Of a DNA stretch of 64,000 bases, positions 50,601 to 61,636 are shown piece after piece (position 1 is the first letter of the stretch; each line of letters begins with the position of its first letter). This DNA is from Bugula neritina. Lineage: Eukaryota; Animalia; Bryozoa. Position numbers and translations under genes: made by a program. The notes under the pieces were generated by a model that was given only the letters and a program-made list of their open reading frames with translations, did no database searches and was not told where the DNA came from. Where the stretch lies: positions 11,412,480 through 11,476,479 of the forward strand of contig OZ037771.1 of the NCBI GenBank assembly GCA_964035545.1, in the 5' to 3' direction.

Positions 50601-53600
50601 AGATTTCATGTTTAAAAAGCAGTCGTCAAAAATAAGTGTGCTACAAACAGCTGATCCAATACTAAAACTTATTCAGCACTTCTATAAACTAGTGACCGCT
50701 TATGCCTGTGTGGCAGCGGCAGCGTTGGTTGTCAAAGTGATGACTTGAAACTTTTACAGGATGCCCTAATTTAACTCGAGTGTCATACAAGAAAAATCAA
50801 TTTTGTTTCTATTGAAAAAGCTTAGTATAAAATCAATTTAATTAGCTTGAATAGATGCAACTAGAAAGCGTTATGGAAACTATAGAAAGGTAATGATGGC
50901 ACAAACAAGATTTGCTTCGTGGATTTCATGTAACAAATGATGTAATAAATAATCATATTATAATTGTGTTTAGACTTGTAAAAAAATTCATTACAGTCTG
51001 AGCATAATCTGAAGCCCATGTAAAACCTGCTAGGGCTGGCTGTGTGGATGTGTAGAATGCATGTATAGTATACAGTTGTTTAGAATGTATAGTTGTATAG
51101 AGTGTGTAGTAGATGTGTAGTAGATGTGTAGTAGAAGTGCAGTAGAAGTGTAGTAGAAGTGTAGTAGAAGTGTAGTAGATGCGTAGTAGATGTGTAGTAG
51201 AAGTGTAGTAGATGTGTAGTAGAAGTGTAGTAGATGTGTAGTAGAAGTGTAGTAGATGCGTAGTAGATGTGTAGTAGAAGTGTAGTAGAAGTGTAGTAGA
51301 AGTGTAATAGATGTGTAATAGTAAAGTAGTAAAACAATTCTATATTGCATCACTATTTGCAGTTTATAACTTGACATGGATTTTAACAAAAAATCAATTC
51401 GTTTCTAGATTAGTTAATTTCTCAAAAATAAACATACATGGAAACTAATGCAGTATAGAAGTTGTAATAAACCTGGTTATTCTGTAAGTATATAACTGTA
51501 AGTATATAGCTGTAAGTATATAACTGTAAGTATATAACTGTAAGTATATAACTGTAAGTATATGGCTGTAAGTATATAACTGTAAGTATATAACTGTAAG
51601 TATATAACTGTAAGTATATAACTGTAAGTATATAGCTGTAAGTATACAACTGTAAGTATATAACTGTAAGTATATAGCTGTAAGTATACAGCTGTAAGTA
51701 TACAGCTGTAAGTATATAACTGTAAGTATATAACTGTAAGTATATAACTGTAAGTATATGGCTGTAAGTATATAACTGTAAGTATATAACTGTAAGTATA
51801 TGACTGTAAGTATATAACTGTAAGTATATGACTGTAAGTATATAACTGTAAGTATATAACTGTAAGTATATAACTGTAGAAATTCTATTTGTATTATAAC
51901 CTTGGCATTTAAACAACACATGAAGAAATTCTTTACTTGATAAATTATTCATCAAACAGAAGTGAAGTTTGTTAGCTTTAAGATATTATATGACTAAGAT
52001 CTTGCACTAGTAGTGGGCATGTTTGCTAGAAACAGCTATAAGCCCTCCAAATCTGTTATACATTAAAACTAGGTTCTCAAACATTCAACATTAAAATTAA
52101 TATTAGTCTATCAGAACTAATAGCTTACAAGAAAATGTAACAGGGGTTTGGGGTACACACCAAATCATCTTTGAGTAATACTTTATAAAGATAATTTATA
52201 CTACGCATGTCTGGTCACATTCACCGGCTTTCCATGTACCGATCTCAGGGAGATCGATCCATGGAAAGACGTCAAAGATCGATCTCAGTCGTTCTGAGCT
52301 GGTCGGTCTGTAGAGCTCGAACTCAGATCGATCTCAAGGCAATAAGACCATGGAAAGACGAAAGATCGATCCGAAAAGTAGAAAAATGACTGCTCGCTAA
52401 AATGTTGTCTGCTAATGAAAATGATAACTTATTGTTAATTACTAAGCAAAGTACTTAACAATCAAGATAGCCACTTTTTCAAGTGGCAAAACTTTGACTT
52501 TCAGTAAAATGATTAAGAAAACTTAATTATGTAAAATTACAGACGGTAGAAGATACAAAAAATGAGAGCATTTAAATTGAATTTAAACGACTAGTATAAC
52601 GAACTGTCATTAGTTATTTGCTGCGTAATCTTAAGCCTAATAGTCCCGTAAATTTATGAATAAGCTGCACAACAGCTAATAATTTTATATAAGCTGTCAA
52701 GCTAAAATATTAAAATCAATTATCTTAAATTGGCGAAATTAATTCATATTAAAAGCTTTACTGCGTAGAGTTTATAGCTGACGTTAAATTTTAGACTATG
52801 AAAATTTTGTTTTTCAACTGCAGTAGCTTTTATCACTCAGGTGGGTGAAAAAATTATACTATTAAAGTAGTCTTCACCTAAGAGGAGGCAACTCCGAGAG
52901 ATCGATCTGACACTCTCATGGAAAAACGATCGATCTGAGCACATGTCTCAGATCGATCTCAGCGAGATCGATCTGAGATCGGTACATGGAAAGCCCGTGA
53001 TTATAACGGACAACTAGTTAACCAATCACAGGCTTGTCTATGATTTTACATCTAGTTAGCATATGACCTTTTAAACTAAACCCTCTCCACACTGAGTAAA
53101 GTTAAGAGATGGCTTATATAACTATGACTTTCTAATATAAATGACTTCAAAGCATGCAGACGGTAAATCTCGACTTATAAGATACCCTATCCAAAGTTAC
53201 AAGTTATTTGTATGATACAGTGGCCGATAGCTTTAGACAAATTCTTACAGGAAGAATGTAATAAGATAAACATAATAATAGAAAAACATTAGGTTAAAGG
53301 TTAAAGGTTAGTGTGAGCCTCTCTTCTAACCCTGATTTGACCTCCTCAAATAAGGATACACTAATCTGCCTATCTTTAATATAAGAGTGAGCTGTTGAAA
53401 AGTTACCTGAGTTACTTCAGATCTTTGACGGTCTAACTCGGGGACGCTGTCCCCCCAACCCTCATCCTTCTTGTTACGTTCAGCTCTAGATTTGACGGCC
53501 GCTGCGTGTGAATATTCAGATTCTGAGTCTGACATCTCATTCAGACTATCCGGTGTATCTGCAGGTAAAACGTGCATAAAATAATATATATAATATAATA

Positions 53601-56600
53601 TAATATATATTATATTGTATTAGTATATAGTAGTGTATGTGTATATTATGTATGCATTCTTAATAGTGTAGATGCAATAATGTATTCATATAATATGGTT
53701 AGGCTTTCGTATGTATTACCAAGCTTGCAGTGTGCAGGTTGTTACAACTGCAGTATGTATTATAATAAATATTTTAGTATAATATATATAATATAAGGTA
53801 ATACTGACGTTATAGTATATCTAATTATTAATTAACCTAAACACTGAAGGCATTTCAAACACATAGCACCCATTATTCAGTGTAAGACACCAGTAAATAA
53901 ATATAAAGTGTGTAAACTATAATCTTCCAGAAATTTATGACATGTCATATCGCATTACATGATAATTTTACTACATGTTATAGTAAATATGACATGGAGA
54001 AAAATCAGACTAAACTTTCTAGATGCGATGTGAATATTATAACTCAGAAGTAAGCAGTTATTGATAAATTATGTAGTCGTGGTGATTCCAATTATTAATT
54101 GCAGGACAACTTAATACCTACTAAAAGCTTTTGTTTAAAAATTAAAAAACAGCTCATGATACTATAAAACTTTTGCCCCAACTGGGATTTGAACCAGAGA
54201 CCTCTGGCTTGCAAGCAGGCGCACTGACCATTACACCACAGGGACTACTGGGTTAATTCAAGACTATAGATACATTTAGTATAAGTTTCATGTTATGCAG
54301 GGTATAAATGTGGGTGGAGCGCAATACCTACCAATCATAGACTCGATACTATCTGGAGACTGAGGCTGGGATCTTACATATTCTTCTATTTCATCCTCAT
54401 CTTTGCCCAGCCATATCATCACACCCTTGTGTAACGTCACGCACATGAACACAAAGTTTTTGAAAAAGAAGAAAACTCCCATCGAGCTGAACACCTAAAA
54501 AAATATAACGAAAGAATATAAGCCAAGCTGGTTAAAATGGTCATTAGACCAGGGCATAGCTAAACACATAGCATAAAACGCAGTTAATTTTCGTATCATC
54601 AAAGTTTTAACTTATGTGCTTTCAACATAAGACTAGGGGGAGGGGGTGGGGTGGGGGGAGGTTTAGTAAGAAATAGCCATATAAATACAAGCTGTATATG
54701 TCACGTTTACAATGACTGGTCAAATAGGGCTGACTGTTATTAAATTTACAGATATGCCATCTTTGCCTCTGCAGTAACTGTAACATACAAGTTGGTGACT
54801 GTGGGTGGTGATAACAGCCACTACTACAGGTACTGTAGATACAGTGTAAATAGTGTAGATAGAGTAGCTACAGTATATAGGGTAGATAGTGCAGATATGT
54901 GTGAATAGGAGAGATACTGTAGATAGAATAGATACTGTGTAGATAGAATAGATACTGTAGATAGAAGAGATACTGTGTAGATAGAATAGATACTGTAGAT
55001 AGAATAGATACTGTGTAGATAGAAGAGATACTGTAGATAGAATAGATACTGTGTAGATAGAATAGATACTGTAGATAGAATAGATACTGTAGATAGAATA
55101 GATACTGTGTAGATAGAATAGATACTGTGTAGATAGAATAGATACTGTAGATAGAAGAGATACTGTGTAGATAGAATAGATACTGTGTAGATAGAAGAGA
55201 TACTGTAGATAGAATAGATACTGTGTAGATAGAATAGATACTGTAGATAGAATAGATACTGTGTAGATAGAATAGATACTGTAGATAGAATAGATACTGT
55301 GTAGATAGAATAGATACTGTAGATAGAAGAGATACTGTGTAGATAGAATAGATACTGTAGATAGAATAGATACTGTAGATAGAATAGATACTGTGTAGAT
55401 AGAATAGATACTGTGTAGATAGAATAGATACTGTAGATAGAATAGATACTGTGTAGATAGAATAGATACTGTAGATAGAAGAGATACTGTGTAGATAGAA
55501 TAGATACTGTGTAGATAGAAGAGATACTGTGTAGATAGAATAGATACTGTGTAGATAGAAGAGATACTGTGTAGATAGAATAGATACTGTAGATAGAATA
55601 GATACTGTGTAGATAGAATAGATACTGTAGATAGAAGAGATACTGTGTAGATAGAATAGATACTGTGTAGATAGAAGAGATACTGTAGATAGAATAGATA
55701 CTGTGTAGATAGAATAGATACTGTAGATAGAATAGATACTGTGTAGATAGAATAGATACTGTGTAGATAGAATAGATACTGTGTAGATAGAATGGATACT
55801 GTAGATAGAAGAGATACTGTGTAGATAGAATAGATACTGTAGATAGAATAGATACTGTAGATAGAATAGATACTGTGTAGATAGAATAGATACTGTGTAG
55901 ATAGAATAGATACTGTAGATAGAAGAGATACTGTGTAGATAGAATAGATACTGTGTAGATAGAATAGATACTGTGTAGATAGGAGAGATACTGTAGATAG
56001 AATAGATACTGTAGATAGAAGAGATACTGTGTAGATAGAATAGATACTGTGTAGATAGAATAGATACTGTAGATAGAATAGATACTGTGTAGATAGAATA
56101 GATACTGTGTAGATAGAATAGATACTGTAGATAGAAGAGATACTGTGTAGATAGAATAGATACTGTAGATAGAATAGATACTGTAGATAGAATAGATACT
56201 GTAGATAGAATAGATACTGTGTAGATAGAATAGATACTGTGTAGATAGAATAGATACTGTAGATAGAATAGATACTGTGTAGATAGAATAGATACTGTAG
56301 ATAGAAGAGATACTGTGTAGATAGAATAGATACTGTGTAGATAGAAGAGATACTGTAGATAGAATAGATACTGTGTAGATAGAATAGATACTGTAGATAG
56401 AAGAGATACTGTGTAGATAGAATAGATACTGTGTAGATAGAATAGATACTGTGTAGATAGAATAGATACTGTAGATAGAAGAGATACTGTAGATAGAATA
56501 GATACTGTAGATAGAATAGATACTGTAGATAGAAGAGATACTGTGGATAGAAGAGATACTGGAGATAGAATAGATACTGTAGATAGAATAGATACTGTAG

Positions 56601-59600
56601 ATAGAATAGATACTGTAGATAGAATAGATACTGTAGATAGAAGAGATACTGTGTAGATAGAATAGATACTGTAGATAGAATAGATACTGTAGATAGAAGA
56701 GATACTGTGTAGATAGAATAGATACTGTAGATAGAATAGATATTGTAGATAGAAGAGATACTGTGTAGATAGAATAGATACTGTAGATAGAATAGATACT
56801 GTAGATAGAATAGATACTGTAGATAGAAGAGATACTGTGTAGATAGAATAGATACTGTAGATAGAATAGATACTGTAGATAGAAGAGATACTGTGTAGAT
56901 AGAATAGATACTGTAGATAGAATAGATACTGTAGATAGAATAGATACTGTAGATAGAAGAGATACTGTGTAGATAGAAGAGATACTGTGTAGATAGAATA
57001 GATACTGTAGATAGAAGAGATACTGTAGATAGAATAGATACTGTAGATAGAATAGATACTGTGTAGATACTGTGTAGATACTGTAGATAGAATGGATACT
57101 GTAGATAGAGTAGATACTGTAGATAGAGTAGCTCACCTGGTATTTAGTCATAAGAAAGAGTCTCATAGCCAGGAAAGGAGCGTCGCAGGTAATAAGTATG
57201 ACCAGAGAGGCCCACAAGTCTGTCTCCAGGACTATGTGGAAGTCGGAGAACTTCTGCTCTGCAGTGGCGAGAGTGTCGATAGAGAACTGCACGATGCCGG
57301 CACTGAACAGTATCAGCAGCATGCTCGTTACGTAACCGTTACCTCGCACCGTCGGGAACCGTGAGTAACTTATCAAGTCTAAAGCATCTGCTCCGTTACC
57401 TGTACGAAATAGTAATACAAGATACTGTACACAGTGTAGAAGCCTAGTCTAAAGTGACTGAAGACTATAAGACTATTGTTAGAGTACAGCTCTTGTACAG
57501 ACTATAGACTTTGTTAGTATGTAAAGCAGTAACGTCAGCTGGTCAAATATGAGCGTTTAATAAACTCAGGCAAGTTTATAGTCACTATCCCTGAGAGAAA
57601 ACTCCTGATAGAAAAGCTTTTTTGAGGCGGACTAAGAACTTATTCATATGTGACACAGGAGCAATTGCATAACTGGATGCTTTTCTTAACATCACCAATG
57701 GCCTTTGTTGGGGTTCAAACCAATGAATTCGTGTTTACTGAGCAAATGCTCTAAAGTCCAACTCCGTGACCACCTAATGTATGTCATATATTCTAGTAGT
57801 CAGTGTAACGTCTACCCCAGTTTATTGATAACAGGTTGCACTGCTGGTGTTTTGTTGATATTTATTTAACTAACTGGTAACCAACGTGAAACTCTATTAC
57901 CCTTCCTGGGGAGAGTTAGAATTAAGTATATAAAATTGTGATGGTGAAAGTTTAATCAAATAAAGAATGACTAGTTAGAACTGCAACAGTCAGTAGAGAA
58001 AATGAAGGCATAAAAAACCTTAGCTATTATAACTTCTGGCTACAAACTATAAAAGGCTGACAGCTATTCTGATAGCAAAATCATTGCCTTGTAATAATGA
58101 AAATAAAGCTATTTGTGGTTTAAGAAAAAGCTGTGGCTATGTGAGTAGCTAAGTGAGTAGCTATGTGAATATATGGGTGAATGGTATGCAGTAGTGAGTA
58201 ATATAATAAAGAAAATGATCAAAACGCTACAGTCAGTATATTCAATTGGTAGTTAATTATTACTTAACTTCTTGCAGTAGCAAACATCAAATGTTGAGTG
58301 AGCAGAGTGTATAATATATCATGCCTTGTCTTTAACAGAATACCACAACGATACATTAGTTACACAATAAAACTTGATAGCCAAAAAGTATATATAACGC
58401 ATACTGAAATACTTTAAACTAGTTACTCAATGAATGTAGAGCAGAATTGACCACAACTTACAAGCAATGACGAGAAAGAAGTGAGTGCGGCCCAAGGATT
58501 TCAGAAATAAGTTAATTTTATCGTTCTCTGGATGATAAAAATGAACTCCCTTGGGAAGGAAATATCGTCCAATCAGCAACATGATAACAAAGAACTGCTC
58601 AGCAGCACCGTTACAATGTCCACAGGAACAGAAGTCTAGCTGTAAACACATATATACTTCAAGTGTACTTCAAGTGTGTGATTTGTGTATATATTTCACA
58701 AAAGTAATGAGGATGATGTAGAAATGCTAAGAAATAATGGCTTATTTAGGTTAATTAGATTAAACTTGTAAGCATTTTAATAAATTATATATTTAAAACA
58801 AGGTATTTTTAGTTGCCCAGTTCAAAATTATAATACAGTACAACATAATATTTAATATAAACTTTTTAATATAACATTTTATTCTCATTGTACAAACTAT
58901 AACTAAATCAGATAAACTTGGCTCATACTAAAATCTACACACTGATAAAAAAAGCACACGGAAATGCTGCTTCCTTAGATGTCAAATGAATGAGTCATTC
59001 TCACCCAGTCGGCCATTGCAGACGTATCGAGACGAATCAGCTCGTCTGTTGACGTGTAGTTAGTGCAGACGTGAAGTCCCTGAGCTTTGTAGCTCCACGT
59101 CCTCAGTTGTAGAAACCAGACGATGGCTAGACAGTTGGCGGAAAAGAGTGCTGTGGCGGGGTTCACCCTGTAGACATGTGACAGTCATGTGACAGCCATA
59201 TAACAGACATGTGACATACAGTATTTAATATAACAGACATGTGACATATTGTAGTTAATATAACAGACATGTGACATATTGTAGTTAATATAACAGACAT
59301 GTGACATACAGTATTTAATATAACAGACATGTGACATATTGTAGTTAATATAACAGACATGTGACATATTGTAGTTAATATAACAGACATGTGACATACA
59401 GTATTTAATATACCAGACTACAATTCCTAACAGAAGAAGCCAAAACGTTCAATAAAAGCATTTCTCAAGAACAAATATTATTTCAACGACACATTTTAGA
59501 CATGTATATAATTTTATTTATGTTGTAGAATCTGTTTTGCAATGCTTGCAGTGCACACACTAGTATGCTGAGTAGAAGGTCTAAACCTCAAGCTTGTTAA

Positions 59601-60032
59601 TGAAACAAAAAATACTGCAGCACAAAATATGAGATACTCTTTCTAATATCTTGACTCTAATTCATGGCCTATTATACAATTAAACCTTGACTGCTTCCTT
59701 TTACTTATAATATATTTTAATAGTTTATAATCATAACGAAATGTGTAATCGTTTTGTTATATTAATGCAGTTATATATTTTTATTGAATTTTTAATTTAA
59801 TTGAATTTCAATTTACATTTAGACTTTAGACGTACCATCTCCAATCAAATCCTTGAGTCATTTTGTTTGTTATCAGCCCTTCTATTATGAGAACTACAAT
59901 TCCACCACCAAACACCCAGGAGCCACTGAGCTTTACTCCACCTTCATACATGATAACCACCAGAAGAGTGAGTGTGGCTATGCAGACCCCATAAAGAACT
60001 CTAACTGAGGCCCCCCTAAACACTCTGCCCAT
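47650..60032 (-). CDS. TMEM26: TMEM26-family multipass membrane protein with long acidic/Lys-rich C-terminal tail (~595 aa)
   Basis: Exons 60032-59836, 59167-59005, 58639-58462, 57399-57137, 54494-54332, 53558-53407, 50259-50151, 49428-49219, 48663-48572, 48128-48001, 47782-47650; phase-consistent. TMEM26-type motifs IEGLIT..TQGFDWRWVNPA, EQFFVIMLLIGRYFLPKG, NGADALDL, ETDLW...DAPFLAMRL, FFFFKN. Family-level call; could be a divergent paralog. Confidence 0.8.
48756..49127. repeat. 10-bp minisatellite GTAGTG(A/G)CAG
   Basis: Direct inspection. Confidence 0.95.
49963..50140 (+). mobile_element. Divergent tRNA-derived SINE copy ending next to a TMEM26-like exon donor
   Basis: TGGCCTAGTGGTTAA (A box), GGTTCAAGC (B box), tail TTCTCACAGATATCGCCACTTTAAAC. 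Confidence 0.6.
51103..51330. repeat. 11-bp minisatellite GTGTAGTAGA(A/T)
   Basis: Direct inspection. Confidence 0.95.
51482..51878. repeat. 14-bp minisatellite CTGTAAGTATATAA (~28 copies)
   Basis: Direct inspection. Confidence 0.97.
52222..52999. mobile_element. Non-autonomous DNA transposon, probably CMC (CACTA/EnSpm/Chapaev) type
   Basis: 27-bp TIR CAC(C/G)GGCTTTCCATGTACCGATCTCAG with 1 mismatch; 3-bp TSD ATT (52219-52221 and 53000-53002); multiple subterminal GATCGATC palindromes at both ends. Confidence 0.8.
54172..54250 (-). pseudogene. tRNA-like sequence (degenerate tRNA pseudogene or SINE head; loop TTGCAAG)
   Basis: rc GTCCCTGTGGTGTAATGGTCAGTGCGCCTGCTTGCAAGCCAGAGGTCTCTGGTTCAAATCCCAGTTGGGGCA has A and B boxes but mismatched stems; related copy at about 361-465. 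Confidence 0.55.
54905..57130. repeat. ~2.2-kb minisatellite, 18/20-bp units GATACTGT(GT)AGATAGAA(T/G)A, in a TMEM26-like intron
   Basis: Direct inspection; source of the spurious 850-aa ORF. Confidence 0.98.
57561..57775 (-). mobile_element. tRNA-derived SINE copy
   Basis: rc of the SINE body: AAGTTTATAGTCACTATCCCTG...CTTATTCATATGTGACACAGGAGCAATT...CATCACCAATGGCCTTTG..GGGGTTCAAACC. Confidence 0.78.
59170..59415. repeat. 30-bp minisatellite running into a TMEM26-like exon acceptor
   Basis: Unit TAACAGACATGTGACATA(TTGTAGT/CAGTATT)TAATA. Confidence 0.95.
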
Positions 60033-61636
60033 CTTGTTAGGTGCTTAGTCTACCTGAAAATGATTCAATCAACAAATTATAATCGTATTAGAATTCTGCC
60101 CAATAACCTTGCAGTATCTTATCCCAACAAATTTACCATAATAATAGAGAAAGTTTAATAACTACTAAAAATTACATTAGAACCATATATATTACAATAT
60201 TGCAAGGCGACCTTGTAAATATTGGTGATGTTTTTCTACAATATACCAGTATTACCAACATATGTTGCTTTCAGCTTGATTCAGCAATATAAGATAAAGT
60301 AAAAAGAAAAGAACATTTTAGCAGAAATAGAGCTGATAACCAAGGTATTTACCTTTCTGCATAAGCGAATAGTCGTGTCTCAAAGCTAATGTCCTAAAAA
60401 CATAAAGTAAAACACAATTAACTCTGTTATGCACACAGCAGATACATTATAAAATTAGTAAATCACTAGCACAGCTCAAACTATGTTTCACTGCTACTAA
60501 AATTCTCAAATTATTCAACAGATATTATGGCACAGACAGCTTTATTCAACTATTCTATGTGTAAATTCCTTACAGACAATCTACAAGTTGTAGTCCTGGT
60601 GTATTTGCCAAAACTAAGTTTTATGGTAGAAAGATGATACAAAAAATAGTCTAAAAATATATTTTTGTTAAAAACTTACCAACAAATGAGGAGAAATAAA
60701 TATTCCCATTAAAAGTGCTCAATGCGATCCTCTAACTGTGTCTTAGAAAATCTATACCATGTAGTTGTCTTTATTGTAGCAACGTACATCAATATCATTG
60801 TTATTGCCCATAATCAATACTCAAGTACAAACATAAGACAACTAACAGAATAAGATAATAGATATTCTTTATTATTTGGCACTTCTGAATTGTTTGACCA
60901 ACAATAGCTCAAGCAGGCCATTACTGCAGGTATAGAAGGTCAAGTTACCAGTCATCACTGTATTGAAGTGCTACGTGGACCAGTAAGTTAGAAGTTATCA
61001 ACTCCTACACAAAACATGCCTCCATAGCATTTACATGATTTGACAGTGACTGGTGTACAATCATTGTATAATGTGTAATTGAAATTTTAACCCTAAAAAG
61101 AATATACCGAAGTCGAAGCTAGTCCTAAGTAAGCATAAATATGTTTCTATGTCCCCATAACTTGCATACTAAGTGGTAGATACTATTCTTCTCAAGATAA
61201 ATACAGTGCATTTATCTGAACACAGTATATGAAACACAGGAGAGCATGTGACAAGGTATTAGCTGTAATGCTCAAGGTCATGGCCCTTTCCATCAGCTAC
61301 TGGAAATGGTTAGTAATATTCCAAACAGCTTATTTAAATCAAAATGTGAACTTTATTGATTACAGTGTAAACCAAATGTAGTTTTCAATGAAAACCTGAT
61401 TAATCGGTTTTTGAAACATAATTACTAATCTTAAATGTAAAGATAGAGAAAAATACAAAACAGCTAGTAAAAATTAGTTGAAGTATGAGTAAGAGAGAAT
61501 TTCCTTTGTTATAATCATTTTAAATAAAATCAATGCATTAAAAATATAGCAGCACCAAAATGATTCACAAACCTTGAGTTAGCTAAGGAATAGAGTCAAT
61601 GTGACAAATCAGTAGAGATGTGACCTGACAGGAAAG

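Noticed and set aside
54172-54250. Functional tRNA-Cys(GCA)
   Set aside because: Acceptor, anticodon and T stems contain mismatches, and a degenerate relative with similar flanks exists at about 361-465, so it is more likely SINE- or pseudogene-derived
54824-57376. 850-aa ORF
   Set aside because: Only its first ~80 aa are a real TMEM26-like exon, ending at the donor at 57136; the rest is translated minisatellite
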